A stretch of DNA of 64,000 bases from Batkoa obscura (taxonomy: Eukaryota). Of the stretch, positions 50,253-61,597 are shown piece by piece. The position numbers and the translations under genes were made by a program. The stretch spans positions 1,426,001 through 1,490,000 of the forward strand of contig JASVEC010000002.1 of the NCBI GenBank assembly GCA_030770535.1, given 5' to 3'. The first letter of the stretch is position 1. Every line of letters begins with the position of its first letter. Below the pieces are notes generated by a model, which saw only the letters and a list, made by a program, of their open reading frames with translations, searched no databases and was not told the origin of the DNA.

Positions 50253-50561
50253 ATGAAGTTGAACTTTATCTTATTCCTTGCTTTAAATTCTCTTAGCGCC
50301 ATGTCTATAAACAGAAGAGATGCCGGACACAGTGATCATGGTGCAGCCAAAGAAGCACCCTCCGCTGGTGGAGGTGATCTCCTTGGTGGGTTATTAGGAG
50401 GTATTTTAGGGGGAGGTGGGGGAGGTGGCGGTATGCTTTCTGGTATCCCAGTTGTTGGTGGGCTATTAGGAGGAGGTGGTAGCGATGAGGGATCCGGTGG
50501 CATGCTTTCCAGTATACCGGTAGCTGGAGGACTTTTATCTGGGCTTGGACTTGGGCTTTAA
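50253..50561 (+). CDS. Small secreted Gly/Leu-rich protein, family A (copy A2)
   Basis: MKLNFILFLA signal peptide, RR site, two IPVxGGLL repeats, GLLSGLGLGL end. TATATAAA at 50171. Confidence 0.87.
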   Translation: MKLNFILFLALNSLSAMSINRRDAGHSDHGAAKEAPSAGGGDLLGGLLGGILGGGGGGGGMLSGIPVVGGLLGGGGSDEGSGGMLSSIPVAGGLLSGLGLGL

Positions 50562-51291
50562 ATAGCTTCATGCCTTTTATCTATATGGCTTTTTTTACTT
50601 TTAAAGTTTATATTTATAAATAAAACGCAATATTTAAATTGAACAACTTAACTGAAAATACAATTCTAGTTTTTCATCCTTAATATACACTTGTATAAGT
50701 ATTAACTTATTTCTTAAAACATCAACTAATAATTAGTTAAAAAACTAAAGTATCATGTCACATTTGAATATTTGATTAAATCTGTACAATTTTCAATCGT
50801 AAATATTAAATAATGTGGCCTTGTATAATACGGATATTGAGTCAAAATATAAAAGATGGAACTAATATAAGCCGAGGGGCCATTCCTATAAGTGTTTATT
50901 TAAAATATTATTAATGTTATTGATTTATTTAAAAAGGTTAAAGATTGAATGGTTTTGTGTTCATTGAATTAGAACGTACTATAAAAAAATGATATTAGGA
51001 GAAAAACATTTATATGCCTTCTCTTATAAAATGAAATGTGCGAAAAAGTAACCTGAACCATAGCTTAATTAATAACAAATAAAAAAGTGGAAAATATCAC
51101 CTTACAGGTCTGTCTACTTTCTGTCAACTGCTTCTCTTTAGGTATTTTACTAACAAATCATTTAGGAGGTTGCTGCTTTTTCAATAATGTAAAAATAGCT
51201 AAATAAATTAAAATCTAATATCATTATTTATTACTGGTCTAATTTTCTATACAGGAAAAATACTGCACCGGGCAGAAACTTAAAAATATAG

Positions 51292-53112
51292 CTACAAAGA
51301 ATATATCAGCTTTTCAGCAACTTCCAAGAAGGCCAAATTTACTTTTGCTGAGTTTGAAAAATAAGGGGATGAGCTAAGCAACAACAATTTTGATTTTCCA
51401 GCAAGCAACAGCTGAGAAATTTTATCCATGTCCCCAAACCTACGGTATCTCATGATAAAAATAACGCATTGAAACAGAGCTCCTATCATATCATGAGTGA
51501 TTGAATGAACTGGAAGAAACATCATATTTTTTATAGCTTGTAAAGCTTCATTTAATAGTTTTTGAATAAAAGTAGCTTTCGAATACTGTGGATCAAAGGA
51601 GAGCGGTAAGTTGAAGTTGCAATAATCCAATTCAGTGGGATCACTTTGATAGTATAAGCTTAAAGAGAATGAGAAGAATTTTATGTAATGGAATAAAAAT
51701 TTAGCGTGACTTAAATAGGCATTTAGTAATACTGAAATTTTATCATTAACTTTTGTTTGACTCATTTTGCTCAATATAAATTGATAGCTAATAAAAGCAG
51801 AAGTAAAGTTATTTAAAATTATATTGAGCCTTTTGTACACTTGGTCAAACGTCATTATTTTATCAACTACTTTTACTTTGATCTCTACTATCTCATAATA
51901 GTAGTAAGAGTAGTCGCCCAAAAACTCATTAAATAGGATCGAGAGATGCTGGGATATATCTATAAGGCATGAAGCTGAGTTGAATGGTTCTTGATTTAAA
52001 GAGTTTGCTAGCTTGTATCTTTTGGACTGTTTATAAAATCGAGGATAACAATAATAAGAAGCCGATGAGAAGACCATCAATACAAAGTAGATTGCATTAT
52101 AAACCATCCTTCTCTCTATAATTAAATTTAAATTCATTTTTGGACAAGCTAAATTTAAACCTAATATAGTCGTACTATTTGCTAAATAATACAAAAAATT
52201 GTTAGTTAGTTTTAAGACCCATTTGAAGTTCCTTAAAGTCATTAGTAAGATAACTACGCATTGAACTGTTTCTAGATTGTACTTGAGTCTATGTGGATGC
52301 CTAAAATGATTAAATATCTCGTTTTCACAGTAGCTCATTGCTTGAATCATGTTATCATCTTTTTTTGCTTTATTTAACCCAGATGCTATAATAATTAATT
52401 TGGTAACATAGTTGAGTGAATTGAAGTCAAATCTCTTAATATTGAATAGTGGCAGTAAGTGATGTTCGATACTAAAGTAGCTTCTTAAACTTTGAAAAAT
52501 TAATGGTAGAGAGAAATAAGGATAAGATTGAGCCAAAGATAGAGTATTTAAATTTAGATAGTAACGCTTTTTGAGAAGTAGACTCATTTGAGTGGATATT
52601 GAAACAATTAATTTCACTCCATTATTAAAATTCTCCATTGGTGGATATTGTAAAAAGGTTAATAAAGCATCTCTTCCACCTTTTATAGGTATAATTACAA
52701 GTATAGCTGAGGTTACTTTTAATAAATTGGATTTTATCCCATGTGAGGTATCTTTTTTATTTTGGACTAACAAATTGTCACCCTCCACATCATCATTATT
52801 CTTTGGCGAAACTTGTTTACTAGTAGTTGGCTTAATCTTCATTCTAATATTAGTGCTTTTAAACGGATTAATTTTAAATGTTGATATTTTGTCTTCAAAT
52901 TTGTATAGTTTATTTGTCCTTTTGATTTGTCTCGATATTGTACATTCTAGATTCCGCTCCTTACAATAGCTACATTTTGGTACTTTTCGATCACAGCCTT
53001 TAGAACGATAATAACAATGATCACACCGATGCATAAATTTTTCTGACATAACAAGTGGTGGTTTTAATTTAAAACTTGGTAAACTCAGCAAAAGTCTTTG
53101 GTTATATATCAT
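51292..53112 (-). CDS. Zn(II)2Cys6 fungal transcription factor; intronless (alternative start ATG 53049)
   Basis: CDHCYYRSKGCDRKVPKCSYCKERNLEC fits CX2CX6CX6CX2CX6C and is followed by a middle-homology-like region (YFSIEHHLLPLFN). Confidence 0.9.
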   Translation of the reverse strand: MIYNQRLLLSLPSFKLKPPLVMSEKFMHRCDHCYYRSKGCDRKVPKCSYCKERNLECTISRQIKRTNKLYKFEDKISTFKINPFKSTNIRMKIKPTTSKQVSPKNNDDVEGDNLLVQNKKDTSHGIKSNLLKVTSAILVIIPIKGGRDALLTFLQYPPMENFNNGVKLIVSISTQMSLLLKKRYYLNLNTLSLAQSYPYFSLPLIFQSLRSYFSIEHHLLPLFNIKRFDFNSLNYVTKLIIIASGLNKAKKDDNMIQAMSYCENEIFNHFRHPHRLKYNLETVQCVVILLMTLRNFKWVLKLTNNFLYYLANSTTILGLNLACPKMNLNLIIERRMVYNAIYFVLMVFSSASYYCYPRFYKQSKRYKLANSLNQEPFNSASCLIDISQHLSILFNEFLGDYSYYYYEIVEIKVKVVDKIMTFDQVYKRLNIILNNFTSAFISYQFILSKMSQTKVNDKISVLLNAYLSHAKFLFHYIKFFSFSLSLYYQSDPTELDYCNFNLPLSFDPQYSKATFIQKLLNEALQAIKNMMFLPVHSITHDMIGALFQCVIFIMRYRRFGDMDKISQLLLAGKSKLLLLSSSPYFSNSAKVNLAFLEVAEKLIYSL

Positions 53113-54560
53113 TCAATATTAGCTTATGATAGTTTAATTTAACATTTGGGCAATATCTAAATTAAAGAATATTTTAAGAAACCAATTTCTTACAATGCTA
53201 TATTAGGAAATCCCTTTTTTTAAATACTTCTTACAATCCCAAATTAGGAGCTTTTTTATAATTGAAATTGCAATTTTAATTTTATTACGAATTCAAAATT
53301 AGGACTTCAATTTAAGGACTATTAAAAGCGAATAATTTAACAAGTAAGTGATTATTTTATAAATTGCGACTTTTGGTAAAGATAAAGTGTTCTATTTAGT
53401 TTTAGTACTTTCTATTCATATTTCGTAACCAATTGTAATAGAAGCTGATCAATTAAGCTACTTTTGAAATAACAAATTCTCAATTATTGAAATGTCATTA
53501 TGATTGTCTATGAAATCAGTGAAATTAAATATTATATAATAAGTTAAAAAGCTGACTAGACTATATAGAATTTAAACAATGATAACATTAGTTCTAAAAC
53601 TTTTGATTACGTGGTATGAGCTTGACCTACTCAATATATTTTTTTGTAAAAAATAGTACCTTAAACCCCTATAAATATTTCATAATGTTATATTGTGTAT
53701 TCAGTCTCGTCCATAAAATTTCCGACTATTTTGAATTTTGATAAAAGAGCGTTAAATAATTAATATTATATAAATAAGGTAATTGCAAAAATCAAGCTTT
53801 TATGGTTTAGTTCCATTGATTTCAAAAGGATTAGTTATTTTGAGATAAAAGGTCAGCTATAACTTAAATATATTGAAAGATGTGGGTTAATTTATATCCA
53901 AGGTTCGATTTCTCCCGATTTTAATCAGCTGTAAAGAATGTAGATAAAATATAATAGCCAAAAAAATAGGAAGTATGGTTTCTTTATTGAAGTAATTGTA
54001 TGGTTTTTTAATATCTTTTATTTTAATTTTAATCAAAATATAAAATTCACTCATATATTAAAGACTTATTTCATTATTGAAATGTTTAATAATAATAGCG
54101 AAGCAGACATGTATTTCCTTGTAACTTGCAATATTATGCTTTGATCTTAACTCTAGATCTCTGTATATTTTGTGGAGATTATGGTACTTTAAACAACTAA
54201 ATTTGATAATACCTGGGGTTATTATTTTTCAATACAGCTAAATATAATAAATTAAATGAAGCTTAGTTGAGATTTAATTTTAATAGTTAAATCAAAATTA
54301 TTTAATATAAAAGTACATTTACTGTAACAATACAGGATAAGAACATAGTTTAGTAAAGCATTTTAGTAACTTGTAAAATAAGATATATAAGAGAAAAAGC
54401 GAACAAACTTTTAATATGTACTCAATTACATTGGACTTTCAATCCATTAATTACTATAAACTAAAGATATAGATGAGTCTTTTTGGATTTCACTTATTTC
54501 TTACTTTCTAAGCACTGTTGAATAAAAAATTATTAGCAAGATTTTTGAACAAACTTCACT

Positions 54561-54763
54561 ATATGGAGATGTATTTTTGTGTTTAATAATTTTGCTGATA
54601 ATTTTTCCACCCAAATAACGCTTAAAAGATGGAAAAAGTAATGAAGCCAAAAAAACACCCCCATATGAAGATGTTTTTTTGGTTTCGTCACTTTTTTATC
54701 TTAAGCGCTACTTAAGTGAAAAGATTGTTAAAAGTTCTTAAACAAAAAAATACAACCCTATAT
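54561..54763. mobile_element. MITE dimer, tail-to-tail
   Basis: A + copy and a - copy joined at CATATG (54662-54667). Confidence 0.9.
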
Positions 54764-55148
54764 GATAAATGATGTGAAAACATTCAATATTTGACAGATT
54801 TTGTGATTAGAGGTGTACAACTTTTTCAATTCAAATACAAATAAAGTAGTAAAAATGAAAATTAACCCTCTTGATATTTAAAAAATTACTATTTTTATTT
54901 GATCAAAATACTAAATAAAATAATAGATCAAATTATATATATACAATAATGTCTGTGAATAATTGTCATAGAAGTAAAATGAATTGCTGTACTTTTTTGT
55001 TTCTAATGTAAAGTTTATCCTATTAGTCATCAAGACATTATTAAAACTACAGCTCAAACAAATAAAACTCCCCTTGCAGTTTTAGATAAAGTCAAATTCA
55101 ATATTTTATTATTTACTAATTTTTTACTCTAAAATTTTTATTTTAAAT

Positions 55149-55254
55149 ATATAGGGATGTGTTTTTGTGTTCAAGAATTTACTAACAAATTTTCCGCTTA
55201 AACAGCGCTTAAAAAGTAGAAAAAGTAATGAAACCAAAAAAAACATCCCCATAT
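55149..55254 (+). mobile_element. MITE copy
   Basis: ATATAGGGATGTGTTTTTG...AAAAAAACATCCCCATAT. Confidence 0.9.
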
Positions 55255-55892
55255 ATAAATTTGTGCTTTTTTTATACAAATAAAATAAAATAAAATAAAA
55301 TATATAGATTAAACAGTGGCAGAATGGTAATATTAGAATTTATGTAATACTTAAAAAAGTATTATAATTTATAAAAATCAATATAAGTTAGTTTAAGTCA
55401 TTCTAATTATGCCAAAATATAATTATCATTTTAACACAATAAAACTTTTTAGTATAGTAAAAAATGTCTTATAAATAGCTTTTGATATATAGCAATCTAG
55501 ATACTTTAAATGTTATGGTATTAAACTTTTTATAAAAACATTCTTATTAAGCCATTTTCGATAATAATATAATTAAAAAAAGTCTTAAATTTTTATCCAA
55601 TTTTATCATAATTCTTACAAGCTTATTTTTACTTTATACAAAAGCTGTCTCAAAATCCCTGAAATTTGATAAACTTTGGCTTTTCAAATCTAGCAATTGA
55701 AATTACTTTTTACATTTATCTTATTTGTATATAAGTAGGCTTAAAAGCTTAGTTGAAATTAAAGCTGAAACTTTACATTCCACTTTTTTTTATTCTTTTA
55801 TACGTAACGTAAATTGCTGAATTTTTTTTAGTAGCTAAAAAAATACTCCATGTGAGTAGTTTTGAAATTAAGCAAAAGGAACCAAGTTCATA

Positions 55893-55999
55893 GCATGGGG
55901 CTATTTTTTTTTAGCTTCAGCATTTTTTCCATCTTTTAAGCACTATTTGAGTAGAAAAATTGTTAGTAGATTCTTAAATACAAAAATACATCCCCGCAT
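55893..55999 (-). mobile_element. MITE copy
   Basis: ATGGGGCTATTTTTTTTTAGCTTC...AAAAATACATCCCCGCAT. Confidence 0.85.
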
Positions 56000-56083
56000 C
56001 CTCTGTGTCCAATCCACAATTTTGCTAAAAATCTAAATTAGATAAAAATCGAACTGAATTTTTAAGCTAATCCATATTATTAT

Positions 56084-56677
56084 ATGTACACAAAATACTA
56101 ATTTAATACATTTAATATGAAATAGAATATTAGACTTTATATAAAGTATAGAAAATAGAACTAGTTTTAAATGGTTAAAGATAGCACAAATTTGGTTCCA
56201 ATCGTTGCTAAATTTAAGTATAAAGATACTGGTAAATAAAATATTTGGTAAATTAATTGGCGTTATTATAGAACTTTTTTAATATAAAACATAATAAAAA
56301 AGCTTGTTTATTAAGAAAAGTTTTATAACAATATTAATTAATTTACCAAATATTCTACTTACCAGTATTTATATAAAGCAATTCATGAATTTGATTTTAT
56401 GGATTAAAATTAATTTAGCCATTGATTGCAACAACAAATATTTTTATTTGAAAGTAGAATAATTTTTGGGTATAAAAATTAAACTTTAGCAATTATGCCC
56501 TTACTCAAGCAGATTTGCCCAAAAAGTCATATTGCTTTATTAGCTTAAACTAGCAACGATTGGAACCAAATTTGTGCTATCTTTAACCATTTAAAACTAG
56601 TTCTATTTTCTATACTTTATATAAAGTCTAATATTTTATTTCATATTAGATACATTAAATTAATATCTTGTATACAT
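56084..56677. repeat. Foldback structure: ~140-bp inverted arms with a nested inner inverted repeat
   Basis: 56126-56210 is the exact reverse complement of 56551-56635, and the arms extend further with a few transitions. Inner inverted repeat at ~56225-56290 / ~56303-56370. Confidence 0.9.
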
Positions 56678-57121
56678 GGTATTGTATATAGAAGAGATAT
56701 AAATGTAAAAAAAAATAGCACCTTTCAATCGTCAGATTTAACCAAAGGAATAATTTAATATTTAATATTTAATATTTTGGTACATTTTTATACGCAATCT
56801 CCTTGGTCATGCTTTACATCTAACCACTTAACCAAAAATAAGAGGTTTGATGTGTAGAATGATGAGTATCAATGACAATTAATGCTAAGAATAAGATGAA
56901 AAGAGGTAAGTCGATGGCCTTTAGATATAGCGGAAATATTGAAATGAAATATAAAAAAGAATAAAGCATTTTAAAGAAAAGATTAAAGGCTATATAAACA
57001 AAGGGAAGTATATTTTAATTTAATAACAACTAAGCTAAATTTATTAGTTTATAATCTCTATATAATTTTCTGTTATCTCTACTTAACATAATTAATAATA
57101 ATAGTTATCTCTGTGTAAATT

Positions 57122-57679
57122 ATGAAATTTAATACCTTAATCTTTACTCTTACTACCTTCTACTCCATTCAATCTTTCCCTATTCAACCTCAATCGAATA
57201 GCTATTCCGATAACTTTCAGCCCGAATCAAACAATTATTCCAATAACTTCCAATCTCAACACAACAATAAACGTCCAAATAGTTATGGTCACCCTAGTCA
57301 AGATCTTACGAGTGGTATTAATGGTAAAGTAACCGATACTATGTTTGGTACTAGTGGTGCCAATGGTGGCTTAACAGATACCCTATTTAGTGCTGGCGGC
57401 CCCGTTGGTGGAGTTTTTACTGGAATTACTGGTGCTAACAATGGTGGAGGATTACCCAATTTACCAGTAATAGGAAATATGGCTGGGGCGAAAGGGTATG
57501 GTAACCTTGCTAGTGGGCTTCCATTAGTTGGTGATATGATGCAAACAGTCAGCGGTGGGAATATTATATCAGGGCTCCCAATGGTTGGTGGAATGATGGG
57601 TAACTCTAAAAATAATGGGATTGCGTCAGGACTTCCACTTGCTGGTGGTAAGCTCTCTAGTTATGGGGTCGGAGTTTAA
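57122..57679 (+). CDS. Secreted Gly-rich protein, family C (copy C1), four LPxxG repeats
   Basis: Signal peptide, Q/N/S-rich segment, KR site, repeats LPVIG/LPLVG/LPMVG/LPLAG, end LSSYGVGV. TATATAAA at 56991. Confidence 0.85.
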   Translation: MKFNTLIFTLTTFYSIQSFPIQPQSNSYSDNFQPESNNYSNNFQSQHNNKRPNSYGHPSQDLTSGINGKVTDTMFGTSGANGGLTDTLFSAGGPVGGVFTGITGANNGGGLPNLPVIGNMAGAKGYGNLASGLPLVGDMMQTVSGGNIISGLPMVGGMMGNSKNNGIASGLPLAGGKLSSYGVGV

Positions 57680-57982
57680 GCGTTATTTTTTAAATAAAAT
57701 TGGGCTTTATATTGAATTTTATTCATTTTTATGCCGTTTTATTAAAATTATGTTTCGTTACTATATAATAATAATGCTATCATAGGGTAGAAGTAATTTT
57801 ATGATGGGTTATAGAAAGCTATAACCATGAAAAAATACTTATGAGCTCAAAAAGTTAAATCATGGAATATTTCACTTCGCTGATTTTGTCATGAAATATT
57901 ATTGTTACTAGTATTTTAGTTAAAATATATACTTCGAATACATTTCAAAATAATCGATTTTTCACCAAAAAACATACAAACT

Positions 57983-58087
57983 TTATGAAGGGTATTTTTT
58001 TGGTTTCATCACTTTTTTCATTTATTAAACATTGTTGAGTAGAAAATCTGCTAATAGACCTCTTATATTAAAAAAGGCATACGTGTA
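57983..58087 (-). mobile_element. MITE copy (degenerate)
   Basis: TATGAAGGGTATTTTTTTGGTTTCATCACTTTTTTC...TTGAGTAGAAAA matches the family consensus. Confidence 0.7.
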
Positions 58088-59992
58088 CTTTATGCTATTT
58101 TTTTAAAAAGCCCTGGAAGGATGAATTTTTAGGTGGTTTGTTTCCTTAATAATAAAGTACTAAAAGTAGGGCAGAGGTGAGACTGGCCATCTGGCTAGGT
58201 CCTCTTTACCATTTCTGCTATTAGATAGCTTAGAAACAGAACGAGAAAAATCTGTAAACCAAGCAGTTTTAGAATTGAAGTTGGATAGTGTAGATAAAAT
58301 GCTTAAAGTGTTATTTGTAATCGTATACAGACCAAATTTAAGTGATGAAGTAGGCGAGTACTATAGTTTTCGAATAGAGTTGTAAGAGAAGAAGTAGTTT
58401 TTGCATTTCATAATGCCTTTATTATAAAATAAATAACTGCTCTAATAAATACAATATCTTCAATCTATTACATCCACCTCAAGAAAAATATCTAAATAAT
58501 ATCATAATTTATTATAGCTTTGAATTGATCAAATTAGAAGCAAACTAAATGATGTTAGTTGCGATAGATGTAATAAAAAATAAATAAATATAAATATTTT
58601 CAATAATAACTAAAATAAATAAATAGCTATATAAAGAATGGAAAAGTTTTCAATTACTATTTCAATACGCATGCTTTTAATTATTTTAAACTCCTTTTCA
58701 ATTTTTTAAATCTTAACATTATCCATAATCTTTCTCTTTCTCTCAAATAAAACTATAGTTTCAACTGTATCTCTCTTCATTTTTTATCCTATTATCTCTA
58801 TACAACTTTAGAATAGAAATGGTTCTAGTAGTACATTGGATGATTTATTACATAAATTATTTAGTGTTAGATCTGATAGAGGTTTAATAGAGCTTATCTT
58901 TGGTAGAAGTAATCTTTTCAATGAAATAATTAGTATATCAAATCAAGTCGCTAGTAATAACATTCAATTACTAGCTAGTTTAGATGAAATGAGTAAAAGT
59001 TGTGCTATAGGGAATAATTTACTGATGAGTGACTAAGTGTTTGTTAGTGAAGGAATGATGCAGTTATGGTAAGATTCCTACTGGTTAGGAATATGGTTTG
59101 AATACTGGGTTAATGTTTAGAATGTGTATTTTCTTGATAAAATTGACATTAATTACTCTTATGACTTAAAGTACTTTTTGTATATAAAATAAAGGTTGTG
59201 AAGGCATAAATTTATAACAACAACATCATTAATAATCTTTCTCTTTTCCTATTAATAAAATGCATATAGCATTGTCAATAAATTTCAAATTTTGAACTTT
59301 TATTCGTAACTTAAACATAGGTTGCTAAATTTATGTACAATAGTTTATATTAAAATCTAATGATTCAATATTATAATAGAGCTATTAAAGTTCAACTGTG
59401 TAGTGTCTAGCGCTGTTTTCTATAATCAACATTTTACAATATTATGCTTGATTGCAACTCATAGCTTAAATTTTTATTTTATAATGGGAGGTTAAATACT
59501 GAAAATTGATCTTTAATTGATTTATCTTTTAAGATTATCATTTTCTCTAATTTAAGTTTGAGGAACATTAATATAAATCAATTAATGTGTTATTAATTTA
59601 GAGGTCACATCAATGGTAAAATGAAAGATTTTAAACAAAATGTATTGACAAAAAATAATTTTAAAGTCCAATTTTAAATATAAGAATAAAACATAATTTT
59701 TCAAAATCAATATAACAAAGTTGGAGTTATTATTAATTGATGTTTCATGACTTCAATTCATGTTATGTTAAATTAAAACATATTGATAATTGAAGGATTT
59801 ATGAATATTATAATAAATTTTAAAGGTAAAACGGAGGGTTTAAGCTTAAGTAATGAAAAAATAATATAAATAATGTCTTTCACTCATCATAAAGTTGAAT
59901 CTAAAATAATAATTTTTAATTTTCAATTGAACATTATATTTATATAATCTAATTTAACTTAATCTATTAATTAATCCGTCAATAATTATCTA

Positions 59993-60628
59993 ATGAATTC
60001 AAAATTACTCTTAGCTTTATTCATTAATTTAACTCTAAGTCGTTCAATTAATTTAAATCGACGTCATGGAAATGAGGATCATAGTATGAGTATTATGCCA
60101 TTCAATGAAGATATAAATGCTAGTGAAAATAATAATGGAAGCGCTGCTGATCTACGTGAAGCTAAATTTAGTAAAGATCCTATTGCTCAAATACAAGACA
60201 ATAAGATTTCAACTTATACCAATTCAAATGATATTTATGATTGTAAAGCTGGGTGTTCAGAAGGTGGAAATAGACTTAATAATCAACAGATGCAGCGAAG
60301 CCAACAAGGTCAAAGTAATCAACAGCAAAATCAACAAAACAACAGCCAAGCTCAGAATAACAAACAACAAAACCAAAACATTCAACAGACTCAACGAAGT
60401 CAACAGAACAATAGTCAAACCCAAAGCATCCAAAAAACTCCACATACAGACCAATACAATGCCAACCAAATGAGTAATCAACCAAAACCCAACCCTAGCT
60501 ACACATCAACCAAAATCCCCAACTTCCTACCACAAGAGGTACCTGAGTTAATAGCTAAGCTACCAGTGGTTGGTAATTTACTTCAATCGTTAAATATAGA
60601 TTCTTTAGTTAATACTATAGTAAATTGA
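59993..60628 (+). CDS. Secreted protein with Q/N-rich tract and C-terminal LPVVGNLL motif (family D)
   Basis: Signal peptide, RR site followed by HGNEDHS, a Q/N-rich low-complexity tract and an amphipathic C-terminus LIAKLPVVGNLLQSL. Confidence 0.8.
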   Translation: MNSKLLLALFINLTLSRSINLNRRHGNEDHSMSIMPFNEDINASENNNGSAADLREAKFSKDPIAQIQDNKISTYTNSNDIYDCKAGCSEGGNRLNNQQMQRSQQGQSNQQQNQQNNSQAQNNKQQNQNIQQTQRSQQNNSQTQSIQKTPHTDQYNANQMSNQPKPNPSYTSTKIPNFLPQEVPELIAKLPVVGNLLQSLNIDSLVNTIVN

Positions 60629-60903
60629 AAATCAGTTAATATAGTTAAAACAAAATAACTGTTATTATTAATAAATTTCAACAAGGTCTTTTAGTTTCAT
60701 AATATTTATTTGATTTTTTTAAAACTCTATTTTTGGTAATATTATCGATAACTAATATACAAGAGCAAGTTAAAAAGTTTAAAGTATAAGACAAATAAAT
60801 AAAATTGAAATTTGATACGTGATTTTTTTACACAGTTATATTTTTCAGGCTTTAATTAATATACATTTTGAGTATTATATTAATCCAATGGCTTTTCACT
60901 AAG

Positions 60904-61111
60904 ATATGGGGATGTGTTTTTGTATTTAAGAATTTTACTAGCAATTTTTCCACTCAAATAGCGCTTAAAAGGTGGAAAAAGTAATGAAGCCAAAAAAAAC
61001 ATCCCCATATGGTGATGTATGTTTTTTAAGAATTTTGTTAAATAGTTTCTCTACTCAAACAGTGCTTAAAAAATGGAAAAAAGTGGTGAAACCAAAAAAA
61101 CACCCCTACAT
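60904..61111 (+). mobile_element. MITE dimer, head-to-tail
   Basis: Two same-orientation copies joined at CATATG (61006-61011); the first is close to consensus. Confidence 0.92.
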
Positions 61112-61396
61112 AGTCAAAATTATAACTAGATAGTTGTTTTGCGCTACATTTTATAAAATAAGTTTGGTCAAAAATTGTCACATTTTAGATAATGTCTTGG
61201 AAATAAATAATTCTAGAGAGATCAAATTTTACTTATATATTAATTATAAATTAATAATTATAGTTGTATATAAAAATCTATATCTTAATGTACCAAATGA
61301 TTTATGGATTCTTTATTTATCTTATTTTAGTATGATTGAAAAGTGATTTTACTTAATGTCTTAAAATGTAATTAATTTTGTTAATTCAACTTAGTA

Positions 61397-61597
61397 ATAT
61401 GAGGATGTTTTTTTAGTTTCATTACTTTTTCCATTTTTTAAGCGTTATTTGAGCGGAAAGATTGTTAGCAAATTAATCAAATATATCCCCATATGAGGAT
61501 GTATTTTTGTGTTTAAGAATTTTACTAACAAATTTTCTGCTTAAATAGTGCTTAAAAAATGGAAAAAATAATGAAGTCAAAAAAAACACTCCCATAT
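61397..61597. mobile_element. MITE dimer, head-to-head
   Basis: A - copy and a + copy joined at CATATG (61490-61495). Confidence 0.9.

Noticed and set aside
58100..59100. Slightly GC-richer stretch with short ORFs (including 58836..59036)
   Set aside because: It may be a decayed element, but I recognise no motif and cannot support a call.
60117..60485. Three overlapping alternative-frame ORFs over the Q/N tract
   Set aside because: CAA/AAC-rich low-complexity sequence lacks stop codons in other frames.
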